A DNA stretch of 64,000 nucleotides. Source: Lachnospiraceae bacterium. Its GTDB lineage: Bacteria > Bacillota > Clostridia > Lachnospirales > Lachnospiraceae. The first letter of the stretch is position 1. Each line of letters begins with the position of its first letter. The notes below the pieces were generated by a model, which worked only from the letters and a program-made list of their open reading frames with translations, ran no database searches and was not told the DNA's origin. Of this stretch, positions 1-9,777 are shown in pieces. The position numbers were made by a program, and so were the translations under genes. The stretch is from contig JBJEML010000039.1 of assembly GCA_051879675.1 (NCBI GenBank), forward strand, positions 672-64,671, in the 5' to 3' direction.

Positions 1-967
1 TGGTCTTGCAACGATATCTTCGTATCTGAACGGTGGAAATGTCCGTGAGAAAAACAGAGAAAAGATTGAACTGGCCATCAAAGAATTAAACTTTGAAGTC
101 AATGAGGTCGCACGCGGGTTAAAGACAAACCGCACGCACACCATCGGTGTTGTGATCCCGGAGTTAAACAATATTTTCTGCACCGAGATCATTACCGGAA
201 TGGAGGATATTTTAAGAAAAAAAGGGTATGCGACGATCGTATGTGACTGCAGAACCGATAAAGGTCTGGAGCGAGAGGCAGTTGATTTTTTGTACCGTAA
301 GCGTGTTGACGGAATTATCAATATGCCGGTAGATTCGACAGGCGCACATTTAAAGCAGTTTGAAACAGAAAAAAAACCGATCATTATCATTGATCGTAAA
401 CTGCCGCAGATTGCGTGTGACAGTATTCTGGTAGATAACCGGGACGCAGCAAAAAAAGCAGTGGACATATTGATTGAAAACGGTCATCGGCACATTGGCA
501 TGATTACCGGACCGGAGGACATCTACACGGCCAGAGAACGTTATCTCGGTTATGAGTCGGCGCTTGGGGAGGCCGGCATTGACATTGATCCGGGACTGGT
601 GGTGCACAGTGACTACACGATACGTGGTGCAGTGACAGGGGTGGAAAAGCTTTTGGACGCACACCCTGAAGTGACGGCTTTGTTTGCTGCGAACTATGAA
701 ATGACAATGGGAACGATGATCGTTTTAAATGAGAGGGGTATTAGTATTCCCAATGAAATGTCGGTGATCGGCTTTGACAATCGCGAGTTTGCCAGAGCAC
801 TGCATCCGACGCTCACGATCATTACACAGCCGACCGAGGCGATCGCGGAGCAGGCAGCGCGCATCATTCTCGAACGATTGGAGACAGAACAGCCGCATCA
901 GAATGAGGAGTTGTATCTGCAGACGGAAGTAATGCTTGGAAAATCAGTCAAAAAACTTTTAACCTAG
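1..967 (+). CDS. LacI-family transcriptional regulator (5'-truncated by window edge)
   Basis: The frame is open from position 2 (GLATISSYLNGG...ARGLKTNRTHTIGVVIP), which is the end of a LacI HTH plus hinge helix. A periplasmic-binding-protein-like sensor domain follows (VDGII, IGFDN, PTLTIITQP). Confidence 0.93.
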   Translation, partial: GLATISSYLNGGNVREKNREKIELAIKELNFEVNEVARGLKTNRTHTIGVVIPELNNIFCTEIITGMEDILRKKGYATIVCDCRTDKGLEREAVDFLYRKRVDGIINMPVDSTGAHLKQFETEKKPIIIIDRKLPQIACDSILVDNRDAAKKAVDILIENGHRHIGMITGPEDIYTARERYLGYESALGEAGIDIDPGLVVHSDYTIRGAVTGVEKLLDAHPEVTALFAANYEMTMGTMIVLNERGISIPNEMSVIGFDNREFARALHPTLTIITQPTEAIAEQAARIILERLETEQPHQNEELYLQTEVMLGKSVKKLLT

Positions 968-989
968 ACAATATATCAGGAGAAGAAAC

Positions 990-2474
990 GTGGGAACATA
1001 TTTATTAGGAATCGATATCGGAACGAGTGCCTGTAAAGTGGCAATTTTTGAAAAGAGCGGAAATGTGGTGGCGCAGTCAAACCAGCCCTATCAGCTCTAT
1101 TATCCACATCCCGGCTGGGTAGAGCAGGATGCAGATGAGTGGTGGAATGCAATCTGTGACGGTATCAGAGATGTGTTGGGTAAGAGTGGGATCGCACCGA
1201 CAGACATCGCGGGCATCGGCATTGACGGACAGAGCTGGTCGGCAATCCCGGTAGATAAAGAAGGTAATGTGCTGGCGCGTACACCGATCTGGATGGATAC
1301 CAGAGCGCGTGATATTTGCGACCGTGTGAAAGAAGAAGTTGGATTTGACCGTATTTTCGAGGTCGCAGGCAATGATTTTCTGCCGAGTTATACGACACCG
1401 AAAATGCTGTGGCTCAAGGAAAACGAGCCGGAGATTTTTGAGAAAACATATAAATTCATGCAGAGTAACAGCTACATAGCATTGAAGCTCACCGGTGTCA
1501 TGAGCATGGATTATTCGCAGGGTTACGGAGTTCATTTCTTTAAAATGGACGACTGTACCGTAGATGAAGCGTTGGCAAAGGAGTTAGGCTTATCAGCTGA
1601 TCTGATTCCTCAGTTGTATGAATGTCATGATGTCATCGGTCAAGTTACTGCTGAAGCAGCAGCCCTTACCGGTCTGGCAGAGGGTACACCGGTTGTGGCC
1701 GGTGGATTGGATGCAGCCTGTGGAACTCTCGGTGCAGGTGTGTATCTGCCCGGACAGACACAGGAGCAGGGCGGTCAGGCAGGCGGTATGAGCATCTGTG
1801 TGAATCATGCACTGGCACATCCGAAGCTGATCTTAAGTCCGCATGTAGTGCCGGGTATGTGGCTCTTACAAGGCGGAACTGTTGGCGGAGGTGGAACGCT
1901 TCGCTGGTTCAAACAGGAATTCGGAGCCGGGCTTTCTTTTGATGAACTAACCGCACTCGCAGAGCCGATTCCGGCGGGCAGTGAGGGTGTCATCTTCCTG
2001 CCGTATATGGCAGGTGAGCGTTCTCCCATCTGGAATCCGGATGCGAAGGGCGTTTATTACGGACTTGGATTTGACAAGACAAAAGGTCATATGGTACGTG
2101 CGACACTGGAAGGTGTGGCATATTCACTGGAGCATAACCTGCGTGTAGCAGCAGAGACAGGTGCAGAAGTAGGCGAGTTGATCGCCATGGGTGGCGCAAG
2201 TAACAGTCGTCTCTGGACGCAGATCAAGGCTGATGTGACCGGGAAAACGATCAAGGTTCCGACCTCTGATACGGCAACGACGCTCGGCGCGGCAATTCTG
2301 GCAGGCGTAGGAGTTGGGGTGTATAAAGGGTTTGAGGAAGCGATCAATGAGACGATCGTGATCACCCGCGTGCAGGAGCCGGATATGGAAGCGCATGAGC
2401 AGTATCAGAAATATATGCAGATGTATCTTGACCTGTCAGAGACATTGACTCCGGTATTTAACAAGAAATATTAA
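990..2474 (+). CDS. FGGY-family carbohydrate kinase (xylulokinase-like)
   Basis: Motifs LGIDIGTS, GWVEQD, FLPYMAGERSPIW and ATLEGVAY; RBS aggag precedes the GTG start. Confidence 0.9.
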   Translation: MGTYLLGIDIGTSACKVAIFEKSGNVVAQSNQPYQLYYPHPGWVEQDADEWWNAICDGIRDVLGKSGIAPTDIAGIGIDGQSWSAIPVDKEGNVLARTPIWMDTRARDICDRVKEEVGFDRIFEVAGNDFLPSYTTPKMLWLKENEPEIFEKTYKFMQSNSYIALKLTGVMSMDYSQGYGVHFFKMDDCTVDEALAKELGLSADLIPQLYECHDVIGQVTAEAAALTGLAEGTPVVAGGLDAACGTLGAGVYLPGQTQEQGGQAGGMSICVNHALAHPKLILSPHVVPGMWLLQGGTVGGGGTLRWFKQEFGAGLSFDELTALAEPIPAGSEGVIFLPYMAGERSPIWNPDAKGVYYGLGFDKTKGHMVRATLEGVAYSLEHNLRVAAETGAEVGELIAMGGASNSRLWTQIKADVTGKTIKVPTSDTATTLGAAILAGVGVGVYKGFEEAINETIVITRVQEPDMEAHEQYQKYMQMYLDLSETLTPVFNKKY

Positions 2475-2497
2475 TTGAAGAAAGAAGGATACATAAA

Positions 2498-3553
2498 ATG
2501 ACAATGAAAGCAGGCGTCGTACATGGCGTAAAGGACATTCGTTATGAGGACATTGAAAAACCGGTTCCGAAAGCAGGACAGGTGCTGGTAAAGGTGAAAT
2601 ACACCGGCATCTGCGGATCAGATCTTCCTCGTGTCAATGAGGGAACGGCACATTACACGCCGATCGTTTTAGGACATGAGTTTTCCGGAACCGTGGAGGA
2701 AGTCGGTGAGGGTGTGACAAGTGTAAAGCCCGGTGACCGTGTGGCCGGTATTCCGCTTGTTCCCTGTATGAAATGTGAGGATTGTCAGAAAGGAAATTAT
2801 TCTCTGTGCAAACACTATGATTTTATCGGTTCACACTCTTTTGGAAGCTATGCAGAATATGTGTGTGTACCGGAGGCAAATGCAGTAAAGTTCGACGATT
2901 CCGTCAGCTTTGAGAAGGGCGCATTTTTCGAGCCTGCTACGGTAGCGCTTCATGGTCTGGAGCGCACGGATTACAAGGGTGGTAAGACAGTGGCAATCCT
3001 TGGCGGTGGAACGATCGGCATGATGACCATGCAGTGGGCAAAGATCTTTGGCGCAAAGAAAGTAGTCGTATTTGATATCGTAGATGAACGTCTGGAGCTG
3101 GGCATGCGCCTCGGCGCGACAGCAGGGGTGAATACCTCTAAGGAAGGCTTTATGGATGAGGCAATGGCTCTGACTGACGGTCGCGGTTTTGACTATGTAT
3201 TTGAGACAGCCGGAAACGTGATCACGATGAAGATGGCATTTAAACTGGCTGCAAATAAAGCGGAGGTATGTTTTATCGGAACACCCACAAAGGAGCTCTC
3301 CTTTACCGTGGATGAGTGGGAGCAGATGAACCGCAAGGAATTTAAGCTGACCGGTTCATGGATGAGCTATTCTGCCCCGTTCCCCGGACATGAATGGCAG
3401 CTGGTCGCACACTATTTCGGAACCGGCGAACTGAAATTTGATGACTCCTTCATTTTTGAGAAGATCGGGCTCAGTCAGATCGATACCGCTTTCGCCAAAT
3501 TTTTAGTGCCGGGAACCGTTAAGGGCAAGATTTTGATCGACAGTGAGGCATAG
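2498..3553 (+). CDS. Zn-dependent sugar-phosphate/polyol dehydrogenase (galactitol-1-phosphate 5-dehydrogenase-like)
   Basis: GICGSD, GHEFSG, structural Zn motif CxxCxxC-x7-C, GGGTIG Rossmann motif, and GSWMSYSAPFPG as seen in GatD-like enzymes. Confidence 0.85.
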   Translation: MTMKAGVVHGVKDIRYEDIEKPVPKAGQVLVKVKYTGICGSDLPRVNEGTAHYTPIVLGHEFSGTVEEVGEGVTSVKPGDRVAGIPLVPCMKCEDCQKGNYSLCKHYDFIGSHSFGSYAEYVCVPEANAVKFDDSVSFEKGAFFEPATVALHGLERTDYKGGKTVAILGGGTIGMMTMQWAKIFGAKKVVVFDIVDERLELGMRLGATAGVNTSKEGFMDEAMALTDGRGFDYVFETAGNVITMKMAFKLAANKAEVCFIGTPTKELSFTVDEWEQMNRKEFKLTGSWMSYSAPFPGHEWQLVAHYFGTGELKFDDSFIFEKIGLSQIDTAFAKFLVPGTVKGKILIDSEA

Positions 3554-3556
3554 GAT

Positions 3557-4489
3557 ATGGTACTGACAGTGACACTCAATGCTGCTATCGACAAGCGGTA
3601 TGTAGTAGAAAATTATCAGGTTGGCGAGGTCAACCGTGTTAAGGAATGTGCCTATGTGGCAGGCGGAAAGGGGCTGAATGTGTCCAAAACCGCTACGATC
3701 GCAGGTGCAGAAGTGCTTGCAACCGGATTTGCGGGTGGGCATGCCGGCGAATATATCATTGAGGCAGTGGAAGCTCAGGGCGTGGCTACAGACTTTATAA
3801 AAGTGAATGGTGAGAGCCGTTCCTGCATCAATATTTACGATCCCGTGAATAAAACCCAGACCGAGTTTCTGGAGCCGGGAGTAGTCGTGAGTGAAGCGGA
3901 ACAACGGGCATTTTACCTGAAATTTGATGCATTGCTTGCGAAATGTGATGTCGTGGCAATGTCCGGCAGTGTTCCTAAGGGTGTCGGGACAGATATGTAT
4001 CCGAAACTCGTGGAAATGGCAAAGACCGCAGGTAAAAAGATTATCGTAGACACAAGTGGAGCGCTTTTGGATGAGGTGGTCAAGGCAAAGCCGAATATGA
4101 TCAAACCCAATATTGACGAGATCCGCCTGTTGACCGGCAAACCGATTTTAGATCGGGACGAACTGATCGAGGCGGGCGTGGAACTGCAAAAAAGCGGTAT
4201 CGAGCGCGTGGTGATCTCACTCGGTGCGGATGGTTCGCTCATGTTTGTGGATGAGGGTGTCTATCAGGCAATCGTGCCCAAGATTGACGCCGTCAATACC
4301 GTTGGCTGCGGAGACTGTATGACAGCAGGCTTTGCCATCGGCTTTGAGCGTGGGATGACACCTGAGGAAGCGCTGCGGTTTGCATCGGCGACTTCAGCGG
4401 CAAGTGCAATGCGGGAAGAGACCGGATACTTCGTAAAAGAAGATATGGAAGCTCTTTTCGATCAAATAGAAATAAAAAAGCTAAAATAA
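3557..4489 (+). CDS. 1-phosphofructokinase/tagatose-6-phosphate kinase family (PfkB) hexose-phosphate kinase
   Basis: TVTLNAAID, GGKGLNVS, IKPN and NTVGCGD are FruK/LacC subfamily motifs. Confidence 0.88.
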   Translation: MVLTVTLNAAIDKRYVVENYQVGEVNRVKECAYVAGGKGLNVSKTATIAGAEVLATGFAGGHAGEYIIEAVEAQGVATDFIKVNGESRSCINIYDPVNKTQTEFLEPGVVVSEAEQRAFYLKFDALLAKCDVVAMSGSVPKGVGTDMYPKLVEMAKTAGKKIIVDTSGALLDEVVKAKPNMIKPNIDEIRLLTGKPILDRDELIEAGVELQKSGIERVVISLGADGSLMFVDEGVYQAIVPKIDAVNTVGCGDCMTAGFAIGFERGMTPEEALRFASATSAASAMREETGYFVKEDMEALFDQIEIKKLK

Positions 4490-4506
4490 AAAGGAGGATT
4501 TTTACA

Positions 4507-5535
4507 ATGACAGCAGTGAATCCGGCAAATGTGCCGAAAATCAAACTCGCTAACGGAAAAGAAGTTCCCTGCATGGGTATGGGAACATTCGGTTCTGACC
4601 GCTTTACCCCTGATCAGGTAAGTAATGCGGTATACGGAGCGATCAAAGCAGGCTACCGTATGTTTGACTGTGCTGCATGCTATGGAAACGAGGACCAGAT
4701 CGGTGAAGTATTCCAGAAAGCATTTGCAGACGGTCTGTGCAAGAGAGAGGATCTCTACATCATGACCAAGGTGTGGAATGACATGCACGGAAAGGGCGAT
4801 GTATTAGTTGCTCTTGCAAAGAGCTTAAAGGACTTACAGTTAGACTATGTGGACATGTATTTTGTTCACTGGCCGTTCCCGAACTATCATGCACCGGGAT
4901 GTGACGTGGACTCCAGAAATCCCGATTCCAAGCCGTTCTCCGTAGAGCGTTTCATGGCTACATGGAGACAGATGGAGCGTCTTGTTGACATGGGTCTTGT
5001 AAAAGAGATCGGTATGTCAAACATGACCATTCCGAAGCTTGAGGCAGTATTACCTTTATGCCGCATTAAGCCCGCAATGTGTGAGATGGAGTTACATCCC
5101 TGCTTCCAGCAGCAGGAGCTGTTCGATTATCTTGTAGCACATGATATTCAGCCTGTAGGATTTATGCCTCTTGGTTCTCCTCAGAGACCCGAGCGTGACA
5201 TGATGCCTGAGGATATCGCAGATATGAAGACTCCTGAGATGATGGAGATCGCAGCGGCTCACAATTGTCATCCCGCAGTGATCTGCTTGAAATGGGCTGT
5301 ACAGCGCGGACAGATTCCGATTCCTTTCTCAGTATTTGAGATGGAGTACGAGAGTAATATCAACAGTACATGTGACGGCGATCCGTTGACCGATGAGGAG
5401 ATGGCAAAGATCGCTACATTAGAGAAGAACAACCGTCTCGTAAAGGGACAGGTATTTCTGTGGGAAGGTGCAAGCGATTGGCATGACCTCTGGGATGAGG
5501 ACGGTGTCATTGTTGACTGCCCCGACGCAAAATAA
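4507..5535 (+). CDS. Aldo/keto reductase
   Basis: GMGTF, FDCAACY, TKVWN, LDYVDMYFVHWP and IGMSN motifs; strong RBS aggagg; codon bias typical of high expression. Confidence 0.92.
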   Translation: MTAVNPANVPKIKLANGKEVPCMGMGTFGSDRFTPDQVSNAVYGAIKAGYRMFDCAACYGNEDQIGEVFQKAFADGLCKREDLYIMTKVWNDMHGKGDVLVALAKSLKDLQLDYVDMYFVHWPFPNYHAPGCDVDSRNPDSKPFSVERFMATWRQMERLVDMGLVKEIGMSNMTIPKLEAVLPLCRIKPAMCEMELHPCFQQQELFDYLVAHDIQPVGFMPLGSPQRPERDMMPEDIADMKTPEMMEIAAAHNCHPAVICLKWAVQRGQIPIPFSVFEMEYESNINSTCDGDPLTDEEMAKIATLEKNNRLVKGQVFLWEGASDWHDLWDEDGVIVDCPDAK

Positions 5536-5572
5536 GCGTTTTATTAATTTCTTCATATTTCATATTTTCCTT

Positions 5573-5609
5573 AAAAACCCGTCCGGACGTTTTGTCCGGG
5601 CGGGTTTTT
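5573..5609 (+). terminator. Rho-independent terminator
   Basis: Hairpin aaaaacccgtccggac-gttt-tgtccgggcgggttttt with T-tract after the AKR gene. Confidence 0.85.
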
Positions 5610-5715
5610 GTGTAAATGGGTAAAAAAAGAACACACATTTTTGATAAAGGCATTTTTTTCGAGCCCATTTTATGGTAAAATCATTTGTAATATAGGGCGA
5701 AGGAGTAAAAAGAGA

Positions 5716-8571
5716 ATGGCTGTTTGGCATGTTTCGCAGACGTATCAGCTCGCGATGATCATATTGTGCTGCTTTTTTCTGGCTATTGTCGGCACGCAGC
5801 GAGAGAACGCGATTACGAAAAATCTGCTGGTGACGGGATTTTTGATTTTATTGCAGAATATCGGTTATCTGATCGTGCTCTCTGCCAGAGATCTGGAGGA
5901 GGCATTGATCGGTGTTCGCGTGGAGTATTTGGGAACTGCTTTTATTGTCAGCTTTATGATGATGTTTGTACTGCAGTACTGCAAGCGCGAACTGAAACGG
6001 TGGGTCGTAGTCGTATTGATGGTCTTTGATGGCATTGTTCTGATGAGTGTCTGGTGCTGCAGGTATACAACGATTTATTATTCTTCACTGAAATTTGAGG
6101 CAGAGCCGCTGCCGCATCTGGTACACGGAAACGGACCGCTTTATATTATGACAGTTATCATGATTGCGATTCAGATGCTGTACGGAATCTTTACGTGCTT
6201 TATCACGTGGAAAAAGAGCAAACCCGGAAAGATGAAAATGTGCTGCGGTTTCATGACGGTTGTTTTGATGTTTCCGCTCTTTTCCTATGGCATTTCCATG
6301 ACTGGGCTGCTGAAAGGCGGAGCGTATGATTCTACGCCCGGTTCCGCGGCGATGACGAGCTTTTTGCTCGGTCTGATCATTTTATTTGGCAGGATTTTTG
6401 ACGGGCAGGCGATTGCATATGCGACGATCATCCGAAAACTCAAGGAACCGGTGGTTTTGGTAGATAACAAGTATCGATTTGTGGAGTGCAATGACAGAGC
6501 ATATGAAGTATTCCCCTCACTGGTCGGGTTGCAGGAAGGTGATGAGATTGCGGATCCGATGCTGCTCTACACGCTTCAGAATGAACGGATCAGCGATATT
6601 ATCAGTGATGATTTCATTATGCGCCCCGATGTACAGCAGATACTGGAGCATGGTGAGATCAAGGGCTATGCAGTGCTTTTGGCTGATCTGACGGAGGAGC
6701 GCAGGCAGCTGGAGGAATCCCAGCAACTCAAGCTGGAGGCAGAGATTGCGAACAAGGCAAAATCGGACTTCCTTGCACAGATGTCGCATGAGATCCGTAC
6801 TCCGATCAATGCCGTGCTTGGAATGAATGAGATGATCCTGCGGGAGAGCCGCGAGGAGAATGTGAAAAAATACGCCATCGATATCAAAGATTCAGCGAGC
6901 TCCCTGCTCAGTATCATCAATGAGATTTTGGATCTGACAAAGATCGAGTCGGGCAGGATGGAACTGATCCCGGCAAATTACGCACTGTCTTCGGTGCTTA
7001 ATGATCTGTACAACATGATGAATATTCGGGCAAAACAAAAAAATCTGGCGCTGATCTTTGACATCCAGAAGGATATACCCAGTGAATATTTTGGCGATGA
7101 TATCCGGCTTCGTCAGATACTGATAAACCTTTTAACAAATGCGATCAAGTATACACAGACGGGCAATGTGACATTTTCCATCCGGGGTGGAGCCAAGGGG
7201 ACGGTTGCATATCTGCGGTTTTCCGTGACCGATACGGGTGTCGGCATCCGACCGGAGGACATAGAAAAGCTTTTTGAAAAGTATCGACGTTTTGACGAGT
7301 CCAAGCACCGGGAGATTGAGGGAACCGGACTCGGCATGAACATCACCATGCGACTGCTTCGTCTGATGGGCAGTGATCTGAAGGTGAACAGCACCTACGG
7401 AAAGGGAAGCTGTTTTTACTTTGATCTTCATCAGCGGATCACAAACAGAGAGCCACTCGGTGATTTCAGTGATCGTGTGGCGCGACAGAAACGTGATTAC
7501 CAGTGGGAGACAAGCTTTGAGGCACCGCAGGCACATGTGCTCGTGGTGGATGATAATAATGTGAATCGAAAAGTATTCATGAATCTGCTGAAGCAGACAA
7601 AAATGCAGATCGATGAGGCCGGCGGCGGAAGGGAAGCGCTCGGCATGATTGCGGATACGCATTATGACCTGATTTTCCTTGACCATATGATGCCGGAGAT
7701 GGACGGTATCGAAACGCTGCATGAGATGGAAAAGATGGATCTTCATGCCAGTGACAACGAAAACACGCCGGTGATCATGCTGACCGCAAATGCCGTGGTA
7801 GGAGCCGAAGAAAAATACATGCAGGAGGGATTTTCCGGCTTCTTGACAAAGCCGATCATGCCGGAGAAGCTGGAAGCGATCATCTGCAAATATTTGCCGC
7901 AGGAGTTGTTGATCTGGAGCAGCGGAAAACAGAGTGCTCCTGCCGTGTCAGACGAGCCTCGGATTGCGTTGCAGCCACTTGACGAGTTTGACTGGGATGC
8001 AGCGATGCGAATTTTGCAGGATGAGTCTGTGCTGGTGGAGACTCTGCAGGATTTTGTGGAGTTTTTACCGCAGACACGCGATGAGCTGAGCCTGTATATG
8101 GATACGATTGATGCAGATGAGACGCTGAAAAATTACCGTATCTGCGTACATAGCTTAAAGAGCAGCGCGGCGACGGTAGGTGCCATTCTTTTATCAAAGC
8201 TTGCCAGACTTCTGGAGGAGGCGGCAGCAGAAGGAAATATGGAACGGCTGCATATGCTGCACCCGGTTTTGATGGAGGAAATTGACCGGCATCATGACCG
8301 GTTGTGCACATTGTTCCCGGAAAATGAAGATGCGGTCATCAAAAGCGATGCAGAATGTTGGACATATCTTGCCATGCTTCGCGGCAATCTTGAACAGCAT
8401 GAGTTGAGCGCAAGTGACATGATCATTCATGAACTGGTAAAATATTCGAAAGGCACGCCGTTAGAAAACGATATGGGCGAGTTGAAAAAACAAGTGGATA
8501 TGCTGGAATTTGAGGAAGCCGTCTCCGTTACCGACCGGATCATGCAACAGATGAAAGGAGACGCGGAATGA
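5716..8571 (+). CDS. Membrane hybrid sensor histidine kinase (7TM-like, PAS-like, HisKA, HATPase, REC, Hpt)
   Basis: Hydrophobic N-terminus; H-box MSHEIRTPINAVLGM; NLLTNAIKYT; DTGVG and GTGLG; REC VVDD/LDHMMP; Hpt-like VHSLKSSAATVGA. Start placed at ATG 5716 after aggag. Confidence 0.92.
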   Translation: MAVWHVSQTYQLAMIILCCFFLAIVGTQRENAITKNLLVTGFLILLQNIGYLIVLSARDLEEALIGVRVEYLGTAFIVSFMMMFVLQYCKRELKRWVVVVLMVFDGIVLMSVWCCRYTTIYYSSLKFEAEPLPHLVHGNGPLYIMTVIMIAIQMLYGIFTCFITWKKSKPGKMKMCCGFMTVVLMFPLFSYGISMTGLLKGGAYDSTPGSAAMTSFLLGLIILFGRIFDGQAIAYATIIRKLKEPVVLVDNKYRFVECNDRAYEVFPSLVGLQEGDEIADPMLLYTLQNERISDIISDDFIMRPDVQQILEHGEIKGYAVLLADLTEERRQLEESQQLKLEAEIANKAKSDFLAQMSHEIRTPINAVLGMNEMILRESREENVKKYAIDIKDSASSLLSIINEILDLTKIESGRMELIPANYALSSVLNDLYNMMNIRAKQKNLALIFDIQKDIPSEYFGDDIRLRQILINLLTNAIKYTQTGNVTFSIRGGAKGTVAYLRFSVTDTGVGIRPEDIEKLFEKYRRFDESKHREIEGTGLGMNITMRLLRLMGSDLKVNSTYGKGSCFYFDLHQRITNREPLGDFSDRVARQKRDYQWETSFEAPQAHVLVVDDNNVNRKVFMNLLKQTKMQIDEAGGGREALGMIADTHYDLIFLDHMMPEMDGIETLHEMEKMDLHASDNENTPVIMLTANAVVGAEEKYMQEGFSGFLTKPIMPEKLEAIICKYLPQELLIWSSGKQSAPAVSDEPRIALQPLDEFDWDAAMRILQDESVLVETLQDFVEFLPQTRDELSLYMDTIDADETLKNYRICVHSLKSSAATVGAILLSKLARLLEEAAAEGNMERLHMLHPVLMEEIDRHHDRLCTLFPENEDAVIKSDAECWTYLAMLRGNLEQHELSASDMIIHELVKYSKGTPLENDMGELKKQVDMLEFEEAVSVTDRIMQQMKGDAE

Positions 8572-9320
8572 AACAGATATTGATGATCGGAAAATTTAAT
8601 TCTGTTTTTGAAGATATTGCGGCGACCCTGAAACTGAAATACCATGTGCAGATGTGTGTGGACAATCTGGATATGGTGAAGGGACTGCTGAAGATCAATA
8701 AACCGGATGCAGTCGTCTTCTGTCTGATCGGTCTTGATATGGATGGAAGAAGGATCATGTCCGAGCTGCAGTTTTATCATGTAGATATACCGGCTGTCTG
8801 CGTGGGGTCGCGGACAGATAAAGGCATTTATGGCGAGTTTTTTCAGAATGAACAGTTCTGCTGGGTGAGCAGGGATGCGATCAATGAGGAATTGCTGGGT
8901 GAGGTATCGGAAATGCTGAGCGCTGCGGCAAAGAAGCATCCGAAACAGGACAGCGGTGAGCGGAAGACGGTACTTGTTGTGGATGATAATCCGATCTTAC
9001 TTCGTTCCATGAACGGCATTTTATCCGCACACTATGATGTCATGCTGGCAAATTCCGGTACAAAAGCGCTGACGATGATCGGGCAGAGAGTGCCGGACGT
9101 CGTCTTTCTGGACTGTGAAATGCCGGTCTGTGACGGAAAAATGACGTATAAGATGCTAAAGGAGCTGGATGAGATGAAGGATGTGCCGATCGTATTTCTG
9201 ACCGGCGTCAACGATGCTTCTTACATACAGGATGCCCTGAAGCTGCAGCCGGCGGGGTATCTTTTAAAGCCTGCCAGCAAGGATCGTATTTACGAGACAC
9301 TGAAGCGGGTGTTGGGCTGA
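8568..9320 (+). CDS. Response regulator: degenerate N-terminal receiver-like domain plus intact C-terminal REC, no DNA-binding output
   Basis: C-terminal VLVVDD...FLDCEMP...FLTG...LLKP; ATGA overlap with the kinase stop codon. Confidence 0.85.
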   Translation: MKQILMIGKFNSVFEDIAATLKLKYHVQMCVDNLDMVKGLLKINKPDAVVFCLIGLDMDGRRIMSELQFYHVDIPAVCVGSRTDKGIYGEFFQNEQFCWVSRDAINEELLGEVSEMLSAAAKKHPKQDSGERKTVLVVDDNPILLRSMNGILSAHYDVMLANSGTKALTMIGQRVPDVVFLDCEMPVCDGKMTYKMLKELDEMKDVPIVFLTGVNDASYIQDALKLQPAGYLLKPASKDRIYETLKRVLG

Positions 9321-9383
9321 GTAAGCTCATAGTAATGAAGTGCAAAGTAGTGAAGAAGCATAGTGAACATAAGGAGGACTCGT

Positions 9384-9694
9384 ATGATTTTAGGTATTGT
9401 AATCGCCATTTTGGGGCTGGTTGCTTTGATCGTAGCGATCTCGTTCACCGCAGTTGCCAGAGCGAACGGACAGCTTCAGGGGCAGACAAACGGAAAAATC
9501 GTCGATATCAGCTATTATCCGGAAGGCTTTAACAAGGGGCTGGGAACCGAAGAAGCGGTAAATGCCTCGTACTCAACAAACCGGCAGCAGCATCAATCGC
9601 AAAAAGCGGAGTATTCAAGACAATTGCAACGGTACTGTATGTTGTTGCAGTAGTACTTATTGTGATAGGGCTGATCGCGATCGTAAGTATGTAG
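9384..9694 (+). pseudogene. Probable frameshifted or internally deleted two-TM membrane protein
   Basis: RBS aaggagg and ATG 9384 give an N-terminal TM helix (MILGIVIAILGLVALIVAISF). A second frame from ~9581 gives PAAASIAKSGVFKTIATVLYVVAVVLIVIGLIAIVSM* (stop 9692-9694), a C-terminal TM helix. Confidence 0.6.
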
Positions 9695-9777
9695 CAAAAG
9701 TACATAATAGAATAAAATGAATGTCTTTTAACCGCAAAAGAATTTTTCGTTTGAAAAATTGAAGGGAGAGGAAAGGT

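Noticed and set aside
5608-5715. N-terminal extensions in the ORF track (also at 11046, 24199, 38597 and 54152)
   Set aside because: These run through terminators, promoters or upstream genes; downstream ATGs with good RBS are preferred.
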